Of a DNA stretch of 64,000 bases, positions 52,701 through 64,000 are shown piece after piece. The position numbers and the translations under genes were made by a program. The stretch is from Lingula anatina (taxonomy: Eukaryota; Animalia; Brachiopoda). Location: assembly GCA_051362555.1 (NCBI GenBank), contig CM120640.1, positions 8,990,001 through 9,054,000 on the forward strand, read 5' to 3'. The number at the start of each line of letters is the position of its first letter. Positions within the stretch are counted from its first letter, which is position 1. Under the pieces are notes generated by a model that ran no database searches, was not told where the DNA came from, and was given only the letters and a program-made list of their open reading frames with translations.

Positions 52701-55700
52701 GCTGTCAGGAGACAGTTTGGTCCACCAAACAGTAGTGAAGAAATTCCAGTTTTAGAATACCAGTTACAGGTGATTGTTCTTCTGGGATGTACTTTGGGTT
52801 TATAATTTCATGTTTAAAATACACCAAGCCCGAAAACTGTTTTGGTATTATATAAGAATTTATGTTTGGGGAAAGATTTATCAATTTGCCGATTTAAGGA
52901 ATAAGATTAAGATTTAAAGTTATTTTAAAATGGAATGTTCAAAAAATGCTTTTATGTTTAAATTTTGATTCAGTTGGTTATAATATGAACAAATTAGAAC
53001 AAACAAGTATCCAATGTCTTATATTTAGCAATGGCGACTTATTCCTTTCCTGGCAGCAGCATATGCCATAGAAAACTTCAGCAAGACATTCTTTATGGAC
53101 TTTGTTGCTCTAACAATGGGGATGTTGATGGGAGATACAAGTGAAAGACAGGTGAGTATAAGAGCAAACCTGTTGGAGCTTCATATTTCTAATTTAGTTT
53201 AAGCACACAATTGCTGTTCACTGACACTATAATTAGTATAATATGATAACATATAAAATTTGAATGAAGATATATTGTATAAAATATAGTTTTACATTAC
53301 ATTAAGTTTTCAATAAACATCTTCTACAGCAGGTCATTAGGCAAAATTAAACCTATCCTTTGTTGATAATTAACATATCAACCCTCTTGCATAAGTTTTT
53401 GAAGATATTTGTATGATAAATCCATGTTTTTGGTCTCTTTTGATCACAGAATATTTTCTCAAGGATGAACTAAACGAACATTAATCCTGCATTATAATTT
53501 ATTTTGCCACTGAATCTCTGTTGTCCCCTTCTATATAAGTTCTCAGTTCTTGTCATTTTACCTCCAGGATGAATTGGGCAGAGAGATCCATGCCATGTCA
53601 TGTGCAGGCAAGCCTCTGGCAGGGTGGACGGCACAGGGGGCAGCACAGGAGTGCAGGGAGGCATGTGGAGGACATGGATATTTCAAAGGTACTGCTTATT
53701 TTGTGTTACCAGGGGATTGCAGGACTTAAAATATGTTGGGATGGCAGTGGAGAAATATTATGGCTGCACCTGCCATGATACTGGTTATTTTGCATGTTGA
53801 GAAGTAGAAGGAAAATAAGATTAAAAACTATTATTTGGACCAAAATATTTTACCAAATTAGATTAAAAACTATTATTTGGACCAAAATATTTTACCAATC
53901 AAATCTCTTGTTCATATCAGTCTCTGTCCTATAAACTCAATGAACACGTTCTTTCTTAACATTTATCTTATAATTGCTATGTTTACAGTTGATTCAATTG
54001 AGTGGAACAGGGAATCTTTCAAATATTTGCTTTGTGCCAAGGATTTCTGCCACGAGATAAAGTTGTTTAATCTTTTCACAGTGAATAGGCTGGGAGAGAT
54101 CAGAGATGATAATGATCCCAACTGTACTTATGAAGGAGACAACAACGTCCTTCTACAGCAGACCAGCAACTACATTCTTGGCAAACTACAAGCCAAGCAA
54201 CAGAAAGGTAAAGTTCAGGCTAAAAGACCACTTTGCAGCGGCTCAGCTATCGAAGAAACACTTGTTATCATGCAGCGGCGGATCCAGAGATATTTTCTGA
54301 CAGTCTTCCAAATTATCTTTGTTAATCCATCCTCTATTTTTGACTATTGATCTTCCGACAGAAAATATTAGATACCTGTCAATGTAAACTTGAAAATCTG
54401 ACCGTCTTCCGGAAGACCCAGAAGACGCCCTAAATCCGCCCCTGTCATGAATCCATGGCAGTGTTTTAGGAAGATAATTATTTTTAAGATGCATGGCAGG
54501 CTATTAAGCTTTTAAGCTTTATTTAATGTAGTATCATATGTTGTTAAAGGAGTCCACCTTGGGTTGAAATCAGTTTTGAATTAGGATTCTCGCACTGCAT
54601 CATTGTGAAAAACTGTCAGTTTGTCCTTGTTATAAAAACATCTCATTGTACCACCAGCGTTAGCGCTGGCGGTACACATGGTTTTAGTCCCGTCCGGATC
54701 GTTCCGCCGGCTCCTGCGGCTCCGCCGGATGGCTACCGTTACCGCTTCTCCTCCTAGACGGTAAGGGCCCCCGTACCCATCTCTTGGATTTAGGTCACCC
54801 TATAATCTCAACTCGTTCCACGTAAAATTTGGGCTTTGTCGGTATTGGGGTCTAGGTGTGGCACTCATTGCAATGCACCCTTGTCTAAAAATGGCAAAAT
54901 TAAATGCTAATTATCTACCCTACGGAAGGAATTATGGGAAAAATTTCTACAGACGGCTTTCCAAAAGTCATATGTGTAGATTTCAAATATGCCATTGGAT
55001 TTGACCTTTGACCTTTATTTCAAGGTCAAACGGGCCAAAATTTTCAAAAAAATGAATTTTTTTACGAAAAAAAAATTATTTGCCCTGTTATTCAGATACC
55101 ACACAGACTTAACCAATAATATTATTGGAAAGTGTTACCCTTCAGGTCATCTTTCATCTCCGTGAATTTGGGGTCAATTGGTGCATTTTCACGGGAGTAG
55201 CGGCCATAAGATACCAAAACTGAAAACTGTCTCTAATTCGGGAACCGTTAATGCTAGAGACCCATTCTTTTTTGCATTTTGTAGAGCATGTAAAGCCCAA
55301 CACTGGAAGTGGTCTCCGTTTTTTTGTATTCCATACGGTTTTCGAGTTATGCTGTATCAAAAAGTACATATTGGTGGTGAAAGCAAAATGTGCAGTACGG
55401 TAATGGATAATAAATTTTGAACTCCGGAAAAATAAAACATGAGGCTTGGCAAAGCAGACAACTTGTGGTCAAAAATGACATTATTTCATCAAATTTGAAC
55501 TTCTGGAACTTCAGAGCACCTCCCATTTCAAGAATTTTGACCAAAATGACCTTTTCTTTATTTTAATTAATTTTTTCTGTAGGAAATTTATGGCACATTA
55601 TGGTAACTCCAAAATTATAACATTTAGTCCCTTATATCTCCAAAACTGGCAGAGATAGGTCCATAGTTACTATTGAAGTTGAATAGGAAGTCATATACTG

Positions 55701-58700
55701 GCAATCTAAATGTGACCTTGAAATTGACCTTTGACCTACTTTTCACCATGAGTTGAACTTTGCAAATTTTGGTTCCCTTTTATCTCCAAAACTGGCAGAG
55801 ATAGGTCCATAGTTTCTATTGAACTTCAATAGGAAGTCATATACTGGCAATCTAAATGTGACCTTAAAATTGACCTTTGACCTACTTTTCACCATGAGTT
55901 GAACTTTGCAAATTTTGGTTCCCTTTTATCTCCAAAACTGGCAGAGATAGGTCCATAGTTTCTATTGAACTTCAATAGGAAGTCATATGCTGGCAATCTA
56001 AATGTGACCTTAAAATTGACCTTTGACCTACTTTTCACCATGAACTGAACTTTGCAAATTTTGCTTCCCTTTTATCTCCAAAACTGGCAGAGATAGGTCC
56101 ATAGTTACTATTGAACTTGAGTAGGAAGTCATATACTGGCAAGCTAAATGTGACCTTGAAATTGACCTTTGACCTACTTTTTATCATGAATTGAACTTTG
56201 CAAATTTTGGTTCCCTTTTATCTCCAAAACTGGCAGAGATAGGTCCATAGTTACTATTGAACTTAAATAGGGAGTCATATACTGGCAATCTAAGTGTGAC
56301 CTTGAAATTGACCTTTGACCTACTTATTATCATGAACTGAACTCTGCTAATTTCTTTCTCTTTGAACTCCAAACCTGGCAAAGATAGGTCCATAGTTACT
56401 ATTGAACTTGAATAGGAAGTCATATACTGGCAATTTACTGTGACCTTGAAATTGACCTTTGACCTACCTTACGATTAACTTAAATTTCATTGTACCATTT
56501 TTAGTTATATATATTTTTTGCATATTTTGAAAATTCTTGTTGCATTTTTACAGCTTGTCAGGCACAAGACTGGTGGCTGTGTCCCTTATTTTGTGTATGT
56601 GGGGGTCTATACGAATGTGCTTGCTCCAGCTGGTGGTACAATATTCGGAGGCGGTATCGCCTCTCTGATCCTCTAGTTTTATAATGTTTTTCAGGTACTC
56701 CCATCTCCTCGCCACTAGAAAGTGTTAATTTTATAAATGATATGGAGAAAGTGTTAAAGAGCAAGTTTACTGCTACCAGCATGAGAGAAGTTCTAAATCC
56801 AACAGGTAGGTATTTGTGGTCTCACTTGTTAAATAAAAACCCCAAAGTATTACAAACCACATGACTGTTTAGTAACTGTTACGTGGTATTAGTTATACTT
56901 TTTTTCAGAGATTCAGCATTTTACTCCATTTTTAAACTGTATGGTACTATTTTTTTTCTAATTTTGTTTTGAAAAAAAGATAAATAGATTATAGAAGGTG
57001 TCAAAACATTTTTAGAATACTTTTGTTTAATGTGAATGGTGGATGTTTCATTGTAGTAGTAGTTGTAGTAGTAGTAATCCTGCAGAGCAAACTTTGATAA
57101 ATAGTTATATTAAATAACAAGTTCACATGTATTCTAAACCTTGTTCGCATCTCTCCAGTTTCCCTGGCAGCCTATGAGTGGCTGGTGTGTTACCTGCTCC
57201 AGCAGAGTGCAGAGAAACTCCAGCATGAGTTACAGAGTGGTAAGGACAGTTTTCAGGCCAGGAATGACAGCCAGGTTTACTACTGCAGGACACTGGCCAT
57301 TGCTTATATTCAGGTAGGTTGGGGAAGGAAAGATCTAAAAGTTAGTGTTCTAATTGTGAGACCCATAAGTTGAAGTTACAACTCCATGTTATAACTCTAA
57401 TTATAATTTTTCTCAAACAGATCTGGTAGAAAATACTCTCTCTTAGGTATCAGCTTAGACTTCCTAATGTTTTTAAATCACACAAACTTTTCCAGTCTGA
57501 AAGTAGCTCAGATATATAGGATCTATTGTATTAATCTAAAAAGACCTTTATGCAACCTATTTACTTTATGCCCTGTCATCATTTCCAAGTGGATGGATGA
57601 CTTCCAGCATGCAGTTTACATGGACAGATAAGTTTGTTTTTCTGATTAAATATAGAGCTGTCATGTTAAGACTGTCTATTATTGACCATCCTATGTTTTC
57701 ATTCCAGCACATAGTATTGCAGAGGTTTTATAAACAAGCCACAGATGATGAAACCCCCAAAGACCTGCAGCCTGTCCTGGGAAAATTGGTTAGCTTGTAT
57801 GGCTTGTGGAGTTTAGAGAAACATCTGGCTTCTTTATATGAAGGTATGAGAACATCTCTCTCTCTCTCTCTCTCTCTCTGCTTTATGTTTTACCTTGTTT
57901 GATCGATATATTTTTATTCTGAATATGAGCAGAAGCATGTGCAACAAAGATAACATTTTTTCACAATGTCAGCAAGTCAAACAGTTCCAAAGACCTTTCA
58001 ACTTCTAAGAGTTACAGATTTTCTTGGTTTCAACACTGTTCTTTTACGCCCTTTCACTTTTTATTGAACCAATATTGCCATTCCCATTTCAGGTGGTTAC
58101 ATCACAGGTGGTGAACCAACCAGACTGATCCGTGAGGCCATTCTTCACCTGGTCACTGTCCTCAAGGATGAGGCTGTGGCCCTGGCAGATGTCATAGCCC
58201 CCACTGACTTTGTGCTCAACTCCCCCATAGGATTGTCTGATGGACAGGTGGGATTATCTTGTTTGGTTGTCAAATTTTAAACTTGTTTCAAAATGCAACT
58301 AGTATGCTATCAAGTTGGAGTCAACTTATTTTAAAAATATGAGCAATATTTGCTGTAATTACCAGATTAAAACTACAAATCCCCAAAATGGCAAACCTAT
58401 TTTAGTCTTCATCCTCTGTTGTTTTTGTTAAAAGAATACATATGAGACTGAATTGTGATAGAGAAGACTTGGAAGAGCAGTGAACTAATGGCCACATTGA
58501 CCAGTCACCACAAATGTATGCTGTGTTTAATATTTTCCATCATAGCACAGATTTTCATATATTTGCCTTGTTGAATATTTCAGATTTACAAAAACCTCTA
58601 TGGTGCCATGCTTCAGACCCCAAATGTTTTGGAGAGACCAAGTTGGTGGGCAGAGTTCTGCAGTAACAAGCCTGTCCTTGGCTCAGGGAAGGCAAAGTTG

Positions 58701-58703
58701 TGA
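49767..58703 (+). CDS. ACOX3: Peroxisomal acyl-coenzyme A oxidase 3 (pristanoyl-CoA oxidase), 705 aa
   Basis: 15 phase-consistent exons: 49767-49925 ([21 protein letters not shown]), 50350-50580, 50926-51000, 51338-51427 ([21 protein letters not shown]), 51682-51914 ([31 protein letters not shown]), 52111-52207, 52584-52769 ([12 protein letters not shown]), 53029-53151, 53568-53688 ([10 protein letters not shown]), 54082-54207 (catalytic [12 protein letters not shown]), 56695-56805, 57159-57313, 57708-57843, 58093-58247, 58584-58703 ending GKAKL* (PTS1). Total 2118 nt. Confidence 0.96.
53818..53898. repeat. 42-bp tandem duplication in an ACOX3 intron
   Basis: agattaaaaactattatttggaccaaaatattttaccaa occurs twice. 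Confidence 0.85.
54273..54444. mobile_element. Short MITE in ACOX3 intron 10
   Basis: Termini cagcggcggat / atccgcccctg flanked by direct repeat TCATG. A related element occurs at 62906-63108. Confidence 0.5.
54645..56677 (+). mobile_element. HINE family A, copy 2 (ACOX3 intron 10)
   Basis: Near-identical 5' hairpin, body and 3' end to copy 1. About 5.7 copies of the 146-bp unit. Lacks the nested MITE. Confidence 0.88.
55637..56470 (+). repeat. 146-bp satellite array (about 5.7 units) inside HINE-A copy 2
   Basis: Same unit at 55637, 55783, 55929, 56075, 56221, 56367. Confidence 0.92.
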
Positions 58704-59251
58704 TTTTGTGTCTGCACATGAACAACTGAAGTCCAATCATAGAATGACTGCGGAATAGGATTTTTAAAAATAAAAATTATAATTGGAGATGCTTGCATCA
58801 GTTAAAAATGAACAGGCTGTAATGTTTGAAAATGCGTGTAATGATTAGAAATATTGCATTGGTGAATGAAAAATTAATATCTTTGTGGGATTCCACATAT
58901 TTGAGATTCCAGATATTTGCTATAATACCAGTGTAAATGTTTTAAAAAATGGAAATGATGAATAGCATAATAACATTAGTGTCTCTGAACATGTCTAGAC
59001 TAAAGGCAGTCAGTCGTGATATTTTCTTCTCCAGTGCATGTATTGATTGAAAAAGAAAATTGCATTTGTTATGACATGCAAAAAAAATATCACTGGGAGA
59101 ATGAAGGGGTACAGGCATAGTGCACTGTAGGATATATTGCCAGGAACTCTGTGGATTTGAAAGAAATTGCTAAATGATGACTGTTGTAATTGAGGTTTGG
59201 TGGTGGTCCATTTTGTCATTGTATATGGCAACTTTTTCTTGAAATTTCACC

Positions 59252-59257
59252 AATAAA
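59252..59257 (+). terminator. Candidate polyadenylation signal of ACOX3
   Basis: AATAAA about 550 nt after the stop codon, followed by T-rich sequence. Confidence 0.5.
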
Positions 59258-61006
59258 CTATTGTTCTGGATTTAATTTATCTATTTCATCTTTAAAGCAA
59301 AGGTTATATAGAGGCACTAGTAAGACTTGATTTAATTGAAAATGCCTAGACAGCCAGACTTTCTCGAGTCATGATGTTCTTTGGATAAAAAAACGGGAGT
59401 TTCGGTATAACTGGGTCAAGGTCTACCTGGATATTACAGTAGTGCATTCCACACGCTATAAGATAAGCTTTCTAAATAGTTTGTGTCAGAAAAAAAGTTA
59501 TTTATGAGCCTAGAATTCTGGGTGTTGCTGCAACGTAATAGAGGAAAGGAATTATATTGATGTAGGTAGAGAAAACTTTCACCCTGGGTGAAAGCAGCCA
59601 CAAAGCTAGCAGTATATATATATCATGGAGAATTGAAAGTTCCGATTTGATTTTATCCAAACTTCTTTTGAACTGAAGATTGATATCATTCCCACTTACT
59701 TAATTTGAAATGTATTGTCATTAGATGGAAGAGAAGTCTTCTTTGGCATTTATAGAAGTTGGAAAAGTAGATAAATCTTTATTTAGAATGTTCAATAATA
59801 GTGGACGATTGATCATATTTTAGGTGATTAATTTGACCAGTGGAATAAGTTATAAACATTATGAACACTGTAAGTCCCATCAACCGAGATAATCTAATAA
59901 AACGAAATAAAAATGACTTGTTTAGCTTTTGAATTAAAAGATCGATGCAAATTATGTTTATTGCGAACGGCAAGTTCTGGATCTGGTTACAAGCCCTCAT
60001 TTCCAAGATTACAGTTGTTCCAACATTATATCGTGCAGAATTTATGTCGGAAGCAAAGTGAACTGCTGTAAACATGAGAACCTTTGCTTGCTTCTTAAAA
60101 CGAGCTGTTAAAAGTTCAACAATTAAAGCTAAATTCAAATTTATGAAATCCATGGCGAAAGATCACTGCTTTCACTACTTGTCAAAATAAATTCAATTTT
60201 CATATTTTTCATGTCTGAGAAACGCCCTTCCAAGTCTTACACCGCTGAAAGTAGCATGGTGTTTCACACGGCATGTTGAGGTGCTTTTTTCAGACAACGA
60301 ATGCCTCACGAATTCAATGACTGTATATTAGTCTCTCCAGACGTTTTGAAATATATCCAGCAGCTGCGCTGAAACTTTTATTCCGAGATGGGCTTTTTCT
60401 TTAAATTTCTTAAAGATTTTATTACACACTTATACCCATATCACTATCGAGAACAAAAAAGTGTACGATTTTGCGGCGTCTTTATGACATTTATTTACTC
60501 ATACCAAGTATGATGTTTGGTTTTATGTCTAACACAAAGATCAGTTTAAGCCGCACAAGTTCGATTAAGTCCGATACAAATCATGTGCGACATTGAACAC
60601 AAAAACAGTTAAAGTAAAAGGTACTTTCAACTCCTTTTTTCAACCTTATTTGGCGTCATAGGTTAAAAAGGCTAAAATACAAAATTACAAACGTGAAAAA
60701 GGTTAAACCTAAAGACAAGAATGCAAGTCTACATGTATTTATATATAAATGACATTCTCGTTAAAGTTTAATATGCATGGGGAAAAGTAGATAAAGTTTC
60801 TTTCTTGATATCAACCTTTAATGAGTATTGGTGTCATGTGTGAGAAGAAACCTACTTTTCCCCCTAGAGATATTAAGAGATATTAAGTATGTGTTTGAGA
60901 AGCAAATTCCTATTAGGTCAGCACACTTTTTTCAAGCATCATACTAAGAAAATCAAGTGACAAAGCACCCTTCAGAGAAAATCTAGTGAAAATCTGACAT
61001 CTCGGC

Positions 61007-61086
61007 TTAGATCTTAAAACGAAGGACTAATAGTAGGGTTAAGAATTTCCAGTCAAGACGCGGCATCCATGCTGAACTCGTGGAAC
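61007..61086 (-). CDS. Candidate terminal exon of the AChBP-like gene encoding a GPI-signal-like tail (GSTSSAWMPRLDWKFLTLLLVLRFKI*)
   Basis: Strong acceptor (ACTGAT branch-like motif, then tgctttttgttgcgcttttttcag) in phase 1. This matches a GC donor AACG|GCAAGT at 61454/61453. Open frame to TAA at 61009-61007. Confidence 0.55.
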
Positions 61087-61445
61087 CTGAAAAAAGCGCA
61101 ACAAAAAGCATCAGTTCGCGTCTCTGAAAAAAAAAATCAGCGTGGATGTTAAATTTGAAGTAGAAAACAAATTTTCCCAAAATTTACTTACTTAACAGAT
61201 GGATTATTTGTTTAGTTCTGAATCTTTTTTCCAACCTGAAAGATATTTTAGCAAAAATACTGAGTTACCATTTTTATGATTAAAAGTTTGGAGGGGAACT
61301 TTTTAACAGGTCTATGCCGCTAAGTCCGTCCCTACCCATGGCCCTACCGCCCCTTCAGCCCTAAATCCATGACTACGACACATACACAGGCTCTTTTACG
61401 GTCTCTCTTAGAATCCACGCAACAAGAGTGATTCTGTTTACCATG

Positions 61446-64000
61446 TTACTTGCCGTTTTTTCTGCTAAGCTCCAGCGTGTAGCGGACCTCTTTGTACGGC
61501 TGTGGGCAACAGTCAAACATTTTGATCAACTCTTCCACCGAGACTCCCTTCAGCTCCCACACGTGGCTAGGGGTGTACTCCCGCAATGTTGGGGCATATG
61601 CCTTGTGTTGGAGATCCAGCTTAAGGGCACTGTGAACCCAGGAGCCAAATACCAAAGTACAGCGATGGACTTCATCGGTAAGATTAGTAGGGCAACTTGC
61701 TCTGTAAGAAATGCAGGTAGTCTCTTTCACCTTGATGAATTTGCTTTGCTGATTTCACCTTGCCAAAAATATACTTCTTTTATTTGAAAAAAAAAGATTG
61801 CAATTTCATTCTTTCAATCAAACCACGATTTTAGAAGTTTTCATCTCTAGGAATCTGACTTAAATATTATAGTCCACAATACAATCCAAGTGTTATGGTT
61901 ATACGAGCCTTTCATTTATGAACTAAAAGATATTTCCTTGGCTAACTTACACGAATGTACTGGCTGGTACATATATTACGGTCCCATTACTCTGAAGCAA
62001 AACCCTAAAATCCGTGAGGGCCTCTGTTGGTCCAATTCTATTAAAAACAAATAATTTAATGACATGAAGAAGGCTAATTTTCTACGCTTAATAACTACTT
62101 AGAAAACTATCAGTTTATAAAGATAACGAAGAACAACACTAAATGCCACAGTCTTCTGTTGATTAATAAGTGGTGGAAGTAAAAGGGTTTAAAATGGCAA
62201 TTTAAAAATTCTTATTCAAGGAGGGCATACGTGCAAACTATTGGGGGGGGGGGGGGGGCAGGGCCAGATTATTTTTTTATGATAGTTAAGTAACAAATAC
62301 GGAAATAGTTTCAGTGGTAAAATAAACGGGTTTAAACTAAAAACATTTACTTAGGATCACACTGAATGATGACATATTTTATTTGCCATATCAACTCACG
62401 TGTTATAGAGCTCTACATCAGGTATCCACACATCTTCACCACGAACTTCTAGTTCACTTAGTCCGCCAAAGTTTCTTGGAAACCACACTAACCTCTTATC
62501 TTCCCAGGTCTAAAGGGAAAGCAGTGCATGGACATTAACATTTAATACTTGTTTCAACTTTTAATATTTATACAGATTGAAATAATAAAAACAGACCCAC
62601 CAACATGTAAAAAGGGTCGATTAAAGTTCATACGATACTTTGAAACAAAAATGGTCAACCCAAACAAAAACGCCCATCAAGTGCGCGCCTATACGAGCAC
62701 ACGGACACGAATCACACACTACGCCACCTGACAACTTTACTCAGGAAAAACTAGTTCTGCACAGTGAATTCGGTAAAGTTCCTTGGTTTAAATTCAACAA
62801 CAGTCCAGTGTATTACTAAGGGAAAAGAGAAAACGCTTTCTCACTAATCTTACTAATCAATGCACTAAAAGCGAGCAGAAAAACCCACAAAGATCTCATC
62901 AGGAGCAGTGGCGGATTCAAGGGGAAGAGACAGGGGGAATACGTCCCTCGTTTAACCAAGAACACAATGCAACAATTGGAACGACACAAAACCAAGTATT
63001 TCATCCAATCCTGTCCCGTACGTATTACGTTAAAATTCCTCGTCGACTCTTTTGTATATTTGTCACCGCCCCCTCTTTCCCTAACGCCAAAGCCTGGTTC
63101 CGCCAGTGAAGAGGTCCTTCTGAACTTCACACGATTAACCGTTATATCCAATATTGAGCTTGGATATCATGAACCTGACGGTGCCACTTCATCGATGTCA
63201 AGAATACACGCAGAAAACAAGAAAACAAGCAGTTCTGAAACCTATATAACTGAGCCAAAAAATGTATTTTAAAAGCAATTACTGCTAAACCGTGGGAATG
63301 GACGAAAATATACAATTTCGGTGTGTTTTGCTTGAACTGGGTGCTTATAGGGTCAGGGGGAAATATTCAAGAATGCAGATCCTGAGCTTATTTTTAACTG
63401 GCCTTTTTTCTGGTCGCCAAATAAGTGGTTCGTTCACAAGAAAGGGAGACAAAATTATGAATATGTTTAGACATTTTACTCTCTGTGAAATATCACACTT
63501 TTGCCTAATAAGAAGATGGAATCTGAATCAGGTAAGTTTTCATCGTTTTGCCCACTGCTTAAGAAAACCATTAATTCATCTCTCCGATATAAGCCAAATA
63601 TATGACATTGAATACACCCCATCCCCACGTCCAATACCTCTGATATGTCATGGAACATTAAGCCCGTTCCAGCTGTTGCATGTCTAATGCTTACCTCCAA
63701 GGTAAAGGTAATACATAGAGGTGAAGCGTCTGGTACTAGCAGGTTGGCAATGAGAAGAATTTCCCGGGGATGCAAGCTAACTAACTCATATTGTTAGCGT
63801 TATGGAAGAAGGCAGTGAGAGGGCTATTTGGGCTATTGGGCGGTATTATCATTTAACTTGCACAGAACAATTCAATGTTGATTTGACGCCCATACACACA
63901 ATACGTATAGGTTCTTATTCAGGGTGATCCATGAAGGTTTGTGTAAATGCAACACTAAATCTTACCATCTGCAGCCATGCAGCAAAGGAAATGGATTGAT
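61446..64000 (-). CDS. Acetylcholine-binding-protein-like Cys-loop ligand-binding domain without transmembrane region; 5' part beyond the window
   Basis: Minus-strand exons: >64000-63966 (..QSISFAAWLQM, loop D), 62509-62400 (110 nt, TWEDKRLVWFPRNFGGLSELEVRGEDVWIPDVELYN, loop A; 110 nt is the usual nAChR exon size), 62037-61951 (TIGPTEALTDFRVLLQSNGTVIYVPASTFV), 61701-61446 (ASCPTNLTDEVHRCTLVFGSWVHS..WELKGV..MFDCCPQPYKEVRYTLELSRKNGK*). Loop B GSW and vicinal loop C CC are present. The stop falls where TM1 would begin. Confidence 0.88.
62906..63108. mobile_element. Short MITE in an intron of the AChBP-like gene
   Basis: Termini cagtggcgga / tccgccagtg with G-rich left and C-rich right subterminal regions. 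No clear TSD. Confidence 0.45.

Noticed and set aside
59779-60153. 124-aa minus-strand ORF as the missing transmembrane part of the Cys-loop gene
   Set aside because: No TM1 (PLxY..N..P) or TM2-like motifs and no sustained hydrophobic helices.
61428-61787. 119-aa plus-strand ORF
   Set aside because: Antisense shadow of the AChBP-like exon.
63695-63775. Minus-strand donor at about 63694 preceded by MYYLYLG as a first exon of the AChBP-like gene
   Set aside because: The loop D exon (63966 onward) lies further upstream and joins 62509 in phase 0, so this segment is intronic.

Overview
AT-rich, intron-rich animal genomic DNA, most consistent with a marine invertebrate such as a mollusc or other lophotrochozoan (inferred from the AChBP-like gene and the HINE/Helentron-type repeats). 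The ORF track is mostly noise because the genes are spliced. Four genes can be rebuilt by hand from splice sites and reading phase. (1) The 3' part of an abLIM/UNC-115/dematin-family actin-binding gene on + (4264-34380), with microexons, a duplicated exon and a divergent villin headpiece. (2) A complete FBXO41-like gene on - (37964-45279, about 1115 aa). (3) A complete peroxisomal acyl-CoA oxidase ACOX3 on + (49767-58703, 705 aa, PTS1 AKL), head-to-head with FBXO41. (4) The 3' part of a Cys-loop ligand-binding-domain-only, AChBP-like gene on -, running off the right edge. Gene 4 has no transmembrane exons but has a candidate GC-AG-spliced last exon encoding a GPI-signal-like tail, which is the most novel-looking observation. 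The introns hold two families of Helentron-associated non-autonomous elements with internal satellite arrays, a nested IS3EU-like MITE, other MITEs and a perfect 206-bp inverted duplication. All coordinates were counted by eye and may be off by a few bases.
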